From the IMG/VR virus record IMGVR_UViG_3300031912_000009, positions 1,418 through 65,417 of that record: 64,000 nucleotides of DNA. One strand, given 5' to 3'. The DNA is from a virus. Its lineage: Duplodnaviria; Caudoviricetes. Each line of letters opens with the position of its first letter. Position 1 is the first letter of the stretch. The notes under the pieces are model-generated. The model was not told the DNA's origin and searched no databases. It saw only the letters and a program-made list of their open reading frames with translations. Shown piece by piece: positions 18,115 through 27,600 of this stretch. The translations under genes were made by a program, and so were the position numbers.

Positions 18115-18929
18115 AAAGCGTCTTTATCTTTGTGCCGGCATTCGGCCAGCAAATCAGCGCTTCAACGTTTATGACGACGCATAATCTGGTTCAGGTGCTT
18201 GGATCGCGAGGCATTGGTGGTTCGGTATCGACTTTGAGCTTTCCGGATATTGCCGAGTTGCGATCGATGGCGGCCACGATCTGGTTCGATACCATGCCGA
18301 ACTTCGATTACTTGCTGTTTATCGACGCGGATATGGCGTTCCCGTCCGAGATGGTCTTGGACATGATGCTGTTGGATGAGCCGATCGTGGGGGCGATCTA
18401 TCCGCAGCGGAAGATCCCGCCGTCCTGGGCCGGGTCCGGCAATGGGGATTATTCGACGCAACGCCGCGGCAATTTCATGTTGGTCGAAGGGGTTGGCATG
18501 GGCTGCACGCTGATCCGGCGCGATGTGATGGTTAAGTTCGTCCAGGCTATGCCGGAATTGATTGATACGCGGCTTAGGCTGCATCCTGCCGTGCAGATGC
18601 TGCAAGCTGCCGGCTGTAACCGGCTAATCCGCGCTTTTGAGAAGCTTGAGATACCGGATCGCGGCATAGTCAGTGAGGATCTGTCGTTTTGCATTCGCTG
18701 GGGGAGGATGGGCGGACAGGTCTGGGCGGCAATTAACTATCGTATATCCCACGTTGGGCCATACGATTATGCCGGCTGTTATCTGGAATGGGCGAACGAA
18801 CAGCAGAAATTGCTGGCGCAACAGCAGCAAATGATGGCTCAGTCGCCGCCGATTGTGCCGTCCTCATCGCCATCGATTGTCGTGCCGCCCGGTGCAAACG
18901 GTCTGACTGTGCTTCAGGCCGTCGCTTGA
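18111..18929 (+). CDS. GT-A fold glycosyltransferase
   Basis: YLLFIDADM (DxD), GAIYPQR, GVGMGCTLIRR, SEDLSFC.RW..MGG..W, SHVG. Confidence 0.8.
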   Translation: MKSVFIFVPAFGQQISASTFMTTHNLVQVLGSRGIGGSVSTLSFPDIAELRSMAATIWFDTMPNFDYLLFIDADMAFPSEMVLDMMLLDEPIVGAIYPQRKIPPSWAGSGNGDYSTQRRGNFMLVEGVGMGCTLIRRDVMVKFVQAMPELIDTRLRLHPAVQMLQAAGCNRLIRAFEKLEIPDRGIVSEDLSFCIRWGRMGGQVWAAINYRISHVGPYDYAGCYLEWANEQQKLLAQQQQMMAQSPPIVPSSSPSIVVPPGANGLTVLQAVA

Positions 18930-18954
18930 CATTTTAGTGAAATTCTCATTGTAT
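18926..18954 (+). promoter_or_regulatory. Putative sigma70-type promoter for the capsid operon
   Basis: Perfect TTGACA (18926-18931, overlapping the GT stop), 17-nt spacer, weak -10 TTGTAT. Confidence 0.4.
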
Positions 18955-18967
18955 TGCTGTCGAAACC

Positions 18968-18985
18968 CGGTTCAGATCTGAACCG
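18968..18985. repeat. Perfect 18-bp palindrome CGGTTCAGATCTGAACCG
   Basis: Equals its own reverse complement; lies in the leader of the head genes. Confidence 0.9.
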
Positions 18986-19051
18986 TTCCTTTCACATTCG
19001 CCAAGGCAGTGCTTGTCGGGCGGGGTGCATAACCCGCTCGGAGTCGCTGTT

Positions 19052-19666
19052 ATGGCGAATATTCAATCTCAATTCGGCTTCAAGCACGTCGGGTATGTCA
19101 GCGGCGGCGCCCCTGACATGCAGTTGCAGAATTTTACGATCGCGTCGTCTTATGCAACGCAGATCGGGTTCGGCGATCCGGTCACTTTCACGACCTCTCC
19201 TGCCGGCACGATTATCCAAGCCACTAATTCGCTGGCGACTACTCAACCGATCGTCGGCATCTTCCAGGGTTGTTATTACATTCCAACGGCTGGCGTTCCG
19301 TTGCCGACATGGTCACCGTTCTGGCCTGGATCGGGAGTTGCGCAGAACGCAACGGCTTATGTTATCTCGGCGCCTAATGCGCTGTTCCTCGCTGCATCGC
19401 TTCTAACAGCGATCGGAACAAACAATATCGGCTACAACGTAAATTTTACTTCCGGTGCGCCGGTCACGACTGGCGGCGGATATTCAATCGCCACGCTCGA
19501 TCAATCAACACTGACGACAGGTCTTGGCACTACGTCGAGCTTCCTGCCGTTCAAAGTCTATTCGATGTTCCAGGGAATCGGGAACGGTTCGGACCCGACT
19601 ACGAACTATAACTGGGTTGTCGTGTCGTTCAATTTCCAACTGAATCGCACGATCACGCACGGTTAA
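19052..19666 (+). CDS. Head accessory/decoration protein preceding the major capsid gene
   Basis: MANIQSQFGF...IASSYATQIGFGDPV pattern; GGAG RBS before ATG 19052. Confidence 0.7.
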   Translation: MANIQSQFGFKHVGYVSGGAPDMQLQNFTIASSYATQIGFGDPVTFTTSPAGTIIQATNSLATTQPIVGIFQGCYYIPTAGVPLPTWSPFWPGSGVAQNATAYVISAPNALFLAASLLTAIGTNNIGYNVNFTSGAPVTTGGGYSIATLDQSTLTTGLGTTSSFLPFKVYSMFQGIGNGSDPTTNYNWVVVSFNFQLNRTITHG

Positions 19667-20196
19667 CGGAGTAAACCGCAGTGCTTTCGTCGCTTGCCAT
19701 TTATGATCCGCGAAACGGTGCTTTGAGTGACACCGAATTGGGCTGCAATAAGTCGTTGGCTTACACCACTTTGATGCCAACGCCTGATGCTTTCGATGCG
19801 AGTTTCGGTAATGACGCGCGGAAATGGGTGCTGTCCGTTTGTAGCGGCATGAAGGTAATTTTCGACGCGGGTCAACCATTCCAAATTGGTGACCACGTTA
19901 TTGGTCTTGTCGAAGTCGATATGGTTGACTTCCGGCAGGCTCGCCGGATTAGGAATGAATGCCAGCGCAACCAAACGATGAACCGCCGCGCACTTGGCCT
20001 TACCGTTGGCACGAAGAAAAACAGACATATAACCGCGAGTGCCTTCGTAAACAGAAAGCATGCGGGGTTTGACTGGCGAAATGGAGCCAGCTTTGTTGCG
20101 GCGCATTCTGGCGATGCCGCGCACACGTCCGAAATTGCTGACTTCGTAAGACGTGGAAAACTCTGCGATCGGCAGAGGTCGCCATTCTTCCTTCAT
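19663..20196 (-). CDS. Free-standing NUMOD4-HNH homing endonuclease with C-terminal HTH
   Basis: WRPL...YEVSNFGRVR (NUMOD4); VHRLVALAFIPN...VNHIDFDKTNN...NLEW (HNH); SQRLIAAQFGVTQSTVSRI (HTH). Confidence 0.92.
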   Translation of the reverse strand: MKEEWRPLPIAEFSTSYEVSNFGRVRGIARMRRNKAGSISPVKPRMLSVYEGTRGYMSVFLRANGKAKCAAVHRLVALAFIPNPASLPEVNHIDFDKTNNVVTNLEWLTRVENYLHAATNGQHPFPRVITETRIESIRRWHQSGVSQRLIAAQFGVTQSTVSRIINGKRRKHCGLLR

Positions 20197-20243
20197 GCCG
20201 CATATCTTAGCGGCACATCGCGTTATGCGCAAGGAGGCAATCC

Positions 20244-21158
20244 GTGCCGATAGCCCTCGCAAACATTAGGTCGGAGCTTCTCCCCGGTTTGTTTGATGTC
20301 AGAGGTTCGTATGACATGATCCCGCGTCAGTGGGACAAAGTCTTCACGACGCGCAAATCGAACCTCGCAGTTGAACGCTCAACGCAGATGGCGTTCACTG
20401 CATTGCCGTTCCTAAAAGATGAAGGTGCGGCAACTCAATTTGATAACAACGCTGGTGAACGTTTCACTTGGGCGTTTATACATATTGAGGTGAGTTTAGG
20501 TTACTCGATCACAAGAAAAGCTATAGATGATAATATTTATAAGGCGCAATTCAATCCAACGAACTTGAAGTTACAAGAAGCGTTTGCGCAATTTAAAGAA
20601 ATACAAGCAGCAAATATTCTCAATCTCGGCACGACGTATCAAGCTTCGATCATCGGTGACGGTCAAGCGTTGTTCTCGACTGCGCATCCGTTTGATGGCG
20701 GCACTTGGGCGAACACTTCGACAGTGCCGAAAAGCCTTAATGAATCGACACTTCTTGCTGATATGACGAACGTTCGTGTTCAGTTTGTGAATGAACGCGG
20801 ACTTCGTATTTTGTCGCGCGCTCGTCGTTTGATTGTTCCTCCGAATCTTGAACCTATCGCAATACGACTTACCAAGACAGAATTAAGACCGGGCGTGGCA
20901 GATAACGACGTTAATGCAATCTTAACTTTATCAGGAGGACTTCCAGAAGGATTTATTGTTCTGGACTTTCTCACGTCAAACTTTGCTTGGTTCCTCACAA
21001 CAAATATTGAGGGACTGATTCACATGCTGAGAATTCCCTACGAGTCTGATATGTGGGTGGACAACGTAACTGATAACTTACTCGTGAAAGCATATGAGAG
21101 GTATAGTTTCGGTTACAACGATCCGCGCGCAGCGTGGGGTGAATTTGCTACGAGCTAA
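20244..21158 (+). CDS. Major capsid protein (HK97 fold)
   Basis: ELLPGL...KDEGAA..FD...LGYSITRKAIDDN...GDGQALFSTAHP...RERYSFG-type pattern; AAGGAGG RBS, GTG start. Confidence 0.9.
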   Translation: MPIALANIRSELLPGLFDVRGSYDMIPRQWDKVFTTRKSNLAVERSTQMAFTALPFLKDEGAATQFDNNAGERFTWAFIHIEVSLGYSITRKAIDDNIYKAQFNPTNLKLQEAFAQFKEIQAANILNLGTTYQASIIGDGQALFSTAHPFDGGTWANTSTVPKSLNESTLLADMTNVRVQFVNERGLRILSRARRLIVPPNLEPIAIRLTKTELRPGVADNDVNAILTLSGGLPEGFIVLDFLTSNFAWFLTTNIEGLIHMLRIPYESDMWVDNVTDNLLVKAYERYSFGYNDPRAAWGEFATS

Positions 21159-21180
21159 CAAAAGTCTTCGGAGCTAACAA

Positions 21181-22455
21181 ATGGCTGAGACAGTATTCCG
21201 AGGACCGGGCGTTGTTCTTGGATCGATGTTGGATAGCAGGATCGAGGCCTTCGATGGTCCGTCGATTGGTTATCAAGGCGATCTGATTGGCAATCCAATT
21301 TTTTCTCCGCAGCCTAAAGATGGTCTGTCGCCGGGAAGAATGCATGGTTGGTACAATGCATTCTATTCGGTTAGCGTTGATGCTGTACCGTCAGCGTCAT
21401 CTTCGACATCGATCGGCGTCACCGTAGGTCTTAGTGCGACGGTCGGCGGCTTGGCTACAGGTCTTGTTACTGCTGTTTCCGGTACGGCTGCGAACGTGCC
21501 GGTGTTCTGTCCTGGCGTGCCGATTATTCCATTGAACTCGCAGCAAGTGGTAACGGTTGGCGCGATCGACTTCGGCTTTATGACCGGCACTACGACGGCC
21601 AACAATTCAACGATTGTTGTGACGGACAATCGCTATTTTACGCTTGGCCAGTGGTTGTGCTTGCCGGGTTGCGGTGGCACCACCAACGTGCCATTGTTCA
21701 CGCAAGTGATGGGTTTTGGCTCGACGGCCAACGTGACGACGTTGCAAGTCGCACCGTCACCAGCCACTGGGTCGAATAATAACCCGATCGGACAGGGGAA
21801 TCTCTACAGTCAACTTGTCCCGTATGCGACACCGTTTGGGCCGGCTGCGGCCACGCCGAATGCGGCTGAGCCATATCGTCTTGCGGGTTTAGGCGCGGCT
21901 ATGGACCCGTGGGCTTGTATAGCACGCAATCTGCAATTCGTATCCGGTGCGGTGCAGACTGGCGTGATTCTGGTCAGTGGCTACGATATTTACAATCAGC
22001 CCATGACCGAGAAGATCACTCTTAACGGCAACACTGTAGTGCGTGGCCTGAAAGCTTGGAAATACATTGCGAACATTCAGACGGTTGTAGTTGGCACGAC
22101 GGCTAATGCGACGTGCAGTGTCGGCACTGACAACAGCATTGGATTTAATATCCGATCCGATCGCTGGGAATTCTCTGACGTGTTCTACAACGGTGGATTT
22201 GCAATTAACTCCACTGGGTGGACGGCCGCGGTGACTACGCCTGCCAATAGTACGTCTGGTGATGTGCGCGGCATGATCAATGCGTCTACGATCTTGGTCG
22301 GCAGTGCGTCAGGTTCGGCATCGGCTGGTGCGCCGCTTGATGGCGTGAAGCGCATCACGATTTTCCAGAACGTCCAACTGCAAAATGCTATATTCGGCAC
22401 GCCACTGAACTACACCAGTCTGATCGGTGTGGCGCAGTTTAACGGCACGTCGTAA
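21181..22455 (+). CDS. Virion structural protein (post-capsid, Thr/Gly/Ala-rich)
   Basis: MAETVFRGP start typical of the gene after the capsid; beta-rich, low charge. Confidence 0.7.
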   Translation: MAETVFRGPGVVLGSMLDSRIEAFDGPSIGYQGDLIGNPIFSPQPKDGLSPGRMHGWYNAFYSVSVDAVPSASSSTSIGVTVGLSATVGGLATGLVTAVSGTAANVPVFCPGVPIIPLNSQQVVTVGAIDFGFMTGTTTANNSTIVVTDNRYFTLGQWLCLPGCGGTTNVPLFTQVMGFGSTANVTTLQVAPSPATGSNNNPIGQGNLYSQLVPYATPFGPAAATPNAAEPYRLAGLGAAMDPWACIARNLQFVSGAVQTGVILVSGYDIYNQPMTEKITLNGNTVVRGLKAWKYIANIQTVVVGTTANATCSVGTDNSIGFNIRSDRWEFSDVFYNGGFAINSTGWTAAVTTPANSTSGDVRGMINASTILVGSASGSASAGAPLDGVKRITIFQNVQLQNAIFGTPLNYTSLIGVAQFNGTS

Positions 22456-22466
22456 GGAGAGAATCG

Positions 22467-22793
22467 ATGGCGCGCAAACATCATGGCAAGCACAAGAAGG
22501 GCGGCGGCCGTACTTTGGAAGTGGCAGCCGGCAATCCAGATGTGATCGAGGAAGCCGAACACCCCTCAGAACACGGTCACGAGAAAGCAAAGAAGCATGG
22601 TGGTCGCGCCAAGCATCACAAGAAGGCTGGTGGTGCGGTTGCGCATCGTATGACGGGTGGTGCAGTACGTCCGCGGCTCGATCGGCCAGGACGTAAGCGC
22701 GGTGGCGGGGTTGGTGCAGATACCTCTCCGCTTTCGACAGCACATCACACCTCGTCTTCAGAATCACTGCCGAAGGAACAAGGCGGCGACTAA
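22467..22793 (+). CDS. Small basic His/Lys-rich protein (candidate internal DNA-binding protein)
   Basis: Repeated KxGG motifs; shares a motif with 7389..8348. Confidence 0.7.
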   Translation: MARKHHGKHKKGGGRTLEVAAGNPDVIEEAEHPSEHGHEKAKKHGGRAKHHKKAGGAVAHRMTGGAVRPRLDRPGRKRGGGVGADTSPLSTAHHTSSSESLPKEQGGD

Positions 22794-23044
22794 TGGCTAA
22801 GTTGACGACGGCAAAACGCAAGGCATTGCCTTCGTCAACATTTGCGGGACCGGATCGGTCCTATCCGATACCGGATGCGAGCCACGCCAGGAATGCTTTA
22901 GCGCGAGCGTCACAGCATGCCGGACCGGCGTTGAAAGCCAAAATTCGCGCCAGAGTGAAGAAGAAATTTCCCGGCATTGCGGTGTCGGCTAAAATGGATG
23001 GCGGCGCGGTCCGACACAGGCAGGATAGAGCGCCACGACATTAA
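22793..23044 (+). CDS. Small basic protein
   Basis: LTTAKRKALPSSTFAGPDRSYPIPDASHARNALAR, a common phage small-protein pattern. Confidence 0.75.
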   Translation: MAKLTTAKRKALPSSTFAGPDRSYPIPDASHARNALARASQHAGPALKAKIRARVKKKFPGIAVSAKMDGGAVRHRQDRAPRH

Positions 23045-23056
23045 GAGAGGCGTTCG

Positions 23057-23731
23057 ATGGCGCTGCCGAATGTAATTACCTTTCAAATTGGGACCGGCAA
23101 CGCAACGTATATTGTTAATGCGGCTGCGGCGACCAATGCGCCATTGGCCCTTGCCACGACCATCATGCCAAGCTTTGCGCAGTTTGGCCTTCAGCAAAGG
23201 GCGTTAGTCAGCTCGGTTGGTAACGATAGTGGCATTTTCTTTCGCATTGTCGGGCTGAACCAAGCTGGGTTCACGGTCACGGAATTCTTAGCAGGCACGA
23301 ATGCAACCTTCGCCGTATCGGCGCAGGATTATTCCAAGATCATTTCTATTCAAGGGTCATCGTCTGGTACGACGTTGATCCCGGCAGCTACTGCGAACAG
23401 TGTGTCGGTTGGTATCAGCACGACGGGCGGTACTGCCTCGACAATGTGGCAGATTATGAATTGGCATGTCTCGCCGACTAACATCGAATTGTCGGGAGTG
23501 TTACAGAGTGGCGCTGCGACATGGACTGCGCAGTACACTTACGATGATCCAAATAATCTGCCTGCGGGAGTTTTTACGCCGCAGCCATTCAACCACCCGA
23601 CCCTGCTAAATCAGACCGGATCTCTCGATGGTCCGATCAATGATCCGGTGACCGCAGTACGGTTTTTGATTGCGGCCGGAACCGGAACAATGCGCTTTAC
23701 CGTCATCCAGGCGGGAATCGGCAGCCCATGA
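23057..23731 (+). CDS. Virion structural protein (beta-rich)
   Basis: 224 aa, low charge, TWTAQYTYDDP motif. Confidence 0.7.
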   Translation: MALPNVITFQIGTGNATYIVNAAAATNAPLALATTIMPSFAQFGLQQRALVSSVGNDSGIFFRIVGLNQAGFTVTEFLAGTNATFAVSAQDYSKIISIQGSSSGTTLIPAATANSVSVGISTTGGTASTMWQIMNWHVSPTNIELSGVLQSGAATWTAQYTYDDPNNLPAGVFTPQPFNHPTLLNQTGSLDGPINDPVTAVRFLIAAGTGTMRFTVIQAGIGSP

Positions 23732-23994
23732 GATGTTTTGGTCTATTGCCGTTTGTGGGTTTTGCTACTGTCGGCTTGGCATATGCGCAGCCGACTGGCA
23801 CCAATACGCCAGCGGCATCGATTCTTGGTCCCGGCACGGTGTCTGCGTTGCCGGCTTGCAATACTGCTATCCGCGGCACGAGAGGATTTGTTACCGATAA
23901 TGCTACTGCGACGACTTGGCTTGGTGCGGTGACAGGTGGCGGCACATCTGCCGGACCTGTGATCTGCAATGGCGTAAGCTGGCTACAGGATTGA
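23728..23994 (+). CDS. Small protein with signal peptide and fibre-tip-like motif
   Basis: MRCFGLLPFVGFATVGLAYA-Q; TVSALPACN...RGFVTD...VICNGVSW. Confidence 0.6.
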   Translation: MRCFGLLPFVGFATVGLAYAQPTGTNTPAASILGPGTVSALPACNTAIRGTRGFVTDNATATTWLGAVTGGGTSAGPVICNGVSWLQD

Positions 23995-24588
23995 ATGATG
24001 GCTGACCCGACCGGCACCATAGGTGGAACGCACGAGAGTGATGTTTCGGTCGCTATGAAAGGCGGCTCGAAATTTACTGATCGGCTGAACCAACTGGCTG
24101 ATGTTGCCGAGAGGAATGAGAAGGCGCTTGCCGATCTCGGTCTTGGCAAAAGCCTTCAGAATGCGAAGCAGGAGGTTGATCGCAATCTGGCTAATGCGCG
24201 TCAGCAGCAAGAGAAAGCCGAATCCATTCGTAAGGAAGCGGAGGAGAAAGCCAAGGCAACAATAGATGCTGCCAACAAGCGTGCTGGCGAAGTGGCGGCA
24301 TCAGCCTTGGAAGTGAAGAAGAAGACTGAAGCAGAAGCTACCGCACTTATGAAGCAGGCTGAAGATTACGCCAAGAAAGTCCAAGGCGACATCGAGGGTA
24401 TCCGCAAGGATATGGAAGCGAGAAACGCTGCGTCTAGGATTGCGGAACAGCAGGCCAAGGATGAAGTCGGCCGCGCTAGAATAATGGCTCAGCGTGCTGG
24501 CGAATCCGCCGCAAAGGCCGATGATCTTGGCCGCAAGCTGCAAGCGAAGCTCGATCGCCTCAATGCGGTAATCCGCGAATTGACGTAG
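23995..24588 (+). CDS. Coiled-coil protein
   Basis: Ala/Glu/Lys-rich heptads over about 150 aa. Confidence 0.7.
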   Translation: MMADPTGTIGGTHESDVSVAMKGGSKFTDRLNQLADVAERNEKALADLGLGKSLQNAKQEVDRNLANARQQQEKAESIRKEAEEKAKATIDAANKRAGEVAASALEVKKKTEAEATALMKQAEDYAKKVQGDIEGIRKDMEARNAASRIAEQQAKDEVGRARIMAQRAGESAAKADDLGRKLQAKLDRLNAVIRELT

Positions 24589-24601
24589 TGGGGTTCAGGC
24601 C

Positions 24602-27600
24602 ATGGCCGACCCCAACGGCAGAAACTCACCTCCCGATCTAGGCGCTTATTCGAACGCGGCACCGGCTGCCGGCGTGGCAATGGGCGCGGTTGATGCCAGC
24701 GGCAATCTGCAACCGTTATCGATTTCGCCGACTGGCGGGCTGATCGTTGCCGGGTCGTTTGCGGCTGGGTTTTCGACTACTGCGCTAGCCGTCACGACCC
24801 AAACGAACGGCACGGGCGCCTTGGTATGGCTGGCTCCGACCCAGACTTTGAATGTCGCGATTGGGGCCTCGACGGCCATAGCGACCACGACCCAAGCGGC
24901 TGTGACGGGCGCTATCGTATGGCTCGCCCCTACCCAGACGGTTACCGCGCAAGTCAGCGGATCGGTTCAGGTCAGCGGCACCGTCAGTGTTTCGGGTGCT
25001 TCGTTCTCTTCGACCGCGGTTGCCACCACTACCCAGTCCGGACAATCAGGCGTGACGGGCGCGGTGGTGTGGCTCGGGCCGGCGCAAACGATCACTGCGC
25101 AAGTGTCGGGTCAGGTTCAGGTGTCCGGCACGGTATCGGTTGCGTCCGGCACCGTTTCTGTCTCGGGGCTGACGCCGACCACGACTGCATCCGGCATGAG
25201 TGGTGTGACAGGCTTGCCGGTGTGGGTTGGCAATCCCGGTGGCAATACGACCGTCGTATCCGGAACGGTCACCGTATCCAATCCGATTCAAGTTAGCGGC
25301 CTAACGCCCACGACCACTGCCAGCGGCATGTCGGGGGTCACGGGGCTTCCGGTATGGGTCGGTAATCCTGGCGGCAATACCACGGTGGTGTCCGGCACCG
25401 TCAGCCTTGTGACGGTTAGCTCGGTCGGAACGATCGTCACCCTGCTTGGCACCGTACTGGTGTCTGAAGCGGCGGCGATCTCGATTTCATCGATTGTGGC
25501 TACGACGACGGCCAGCGGCTTAAGCGGTGTCACAGGCTTGCCGGTCTGGGTAGCCAATCCTGGCGGCAACACAACCGTGGTTTCCTTAACCGGCAGTGCG
25601 CTGGTCAGCGGGACCGTTTCGCTTGTGACGGTGTCATCGGTCGGCACGGTGGTTACGCTTCTCGGCACCATCAATGTGTCCGGTCCTGTTCAGATCAGCG
25701 GTATCACGCCGACTACTACAGGTTCGGGTTTGAGTGGTGTTGCTGGTCTTCCGGTGTGGATCGCACCCGGCGGCGGCGCGACGACGGTTGTTTCGTTGAC
25801 GGGAAGTGCGTTGGTCAGTGGCACGGTGTCGATCTCGACTGCTGTGGTTGCCACCACAACGCAAACGGCTGCGACGGGTGAATTGGTATGGCTTGCTGCC
25901 ACGCAAACGCTTGCGGTCATCAGTACTGTCGGCACGGTACTCGGCACTGTTGCGGTTAACGTTGTCGCTGGTGGCGCTGCACCCGGCACAACATTTACTG
26001 GACAGACATCAAATACGGCGCAGCTTGTCTGGTTAGCGCAAACCCAGACGTTGAGTTTGATCAGCACTATCGTGACCGTTCTGGGAACACTTCAGGTTTC
26101 CGGTACGATCCAGATTTCGTCTGTTCAGGTTACGGCCAGCACGCCAACCGCAACTGCGACCGGCATGGTGGTTTGGATGGCCAATCCACCCGGTGCGGCA
26201 AACGCACCCGGCACGACTTTTACGGGTCAGACGTCGAACACGGCCCAACTAGTATGGTTGGCGCAAACGCAGACGTTGTCACTGATCTCCACAATCGTCA
26301 CGGTTCTCAGCACCGTTAATGTCAGCGGTACGGTTCAGTTGTCCGCGGTGACGCCAACAACAACTGCATCTGGATTGTCTGGCGTTACTGGCGTTCCGGT
26401 GTGGGTGGCTAATCCAACGCAATTAAGTGTCAGCGCGCTCGGCACGACGTTCACGGGTCAAACTAGCAACACAGCGCAATTGGTGTGGTTAGCGCAAACG
26501 CAAACTCTGTCGCTGATTTCGACTATCGTCACGATCCAGAACACCGTGATCGTTTCAGGTCCGGTGCAGATCAGCGGTATAACTCCAACCACGACCGCGT
26601 CTGGATTGTCTGGTGTTACTGGACTGCCGGTGTGGATGGTCGGCGGGGCTGGCGGCGGTACGACGCTGATCAGTGTTGTCTCGACCCTAATCACGATCTT
26701 AAGCACCGTTCAGGTCAGCGGCACGGTGATCCTGTCGCAAGCGGCATTCACTACAGCATCGAGTGGATTAACCGCGACGGCAACCGGACTAATCGTTGTC
26801 GCGACCGGGACTGTTTCGGCCGTCGTCACCGGCACGGTATCGGTTTCTGGAACGGTGCCGGTTACAGGAACGATCCAGAACGTTGCGTCGATCTCGACTG
26901 TGTTAGGAACGGTCGTAATCTCTGGTCCCGTTCAAATCAGCGGGATCACACCAACTACCACTGCATCTGGCTTAAGCGGCGTTACCGGACTTCCTGTCTG
27001 GATGGTGGGTGGCGGCGGCGGCGGCACGACATTGATCAGTGTCGTTTCCACACTGATTACGATCCTAAGTACCGTTCAAGTCAGTGGCACCGTTAACCTC
27101 TCGCAAGCTGCATTTACAACGGCTAGCTCGGGCTTAACCGCAACGGCTACTGGTTTGATTGTGGTGGCTACCGGCACGGTCAGTGCGGTGGTTACTGGCA
27201 CGGTTTCGGTTTCTAACACTGTTGCAGTTGCTGCGTCTGGCACAGTTTCGCTGGTCACTATCAGTTCGGTCGGAACGGTAGTCACGTTGCTTGGTACTGT
27301 GCTGGTTAGCATCACACCGTCAGCATTGGTTAGCGGTACGCTTTCATTCTCGGGTGCTGCGTTTACGACGGCCTCGAGCGGCCTGACTGCAACAGCGACT
27401 GGATTGATTGTCGTAGCGACCGGCACGGTGACTGCCGTAGTCACTGGCGTTGTTTCTGTTTCGAACATCGCGACTGGCACCGTGTCGGTTAGCAATGTGG
27501 TTTCGGTGACAGGCACCTCGTTGAATGTGGTCGCGAGTGGCACTGTATCTTTAGTCACTGTCAGTTCAGTCGGCACCATTGTTACGTTGCTTGGCGTAGT

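Noticed and set aside
10894-18929. T4-like DNA hypermodification as the role of the sugar cluster
   Set aside because: No dCMP hydroxymethylase, TET/JBP dioxygenase or phage DNA polymerase is in the window, and the cluster is in the late structural operon. Not formally excluded.
19663-20196. Group I intron or intein hosting the HNH or LAGLIDADG genes
   Set aside because: The flanking genes are complete with their own stops and starts, no intein Cys...His-Asn termini are present, and no intron core could be assembled by eye.
21152-21181. 11-bp direct repeat GAGCTAACAAA after the capsid stop (possible frameshift or readthrough signal)
   Set aside because: Short, no slippery heptamer or downstream structure recognised; probably a small local duplication.
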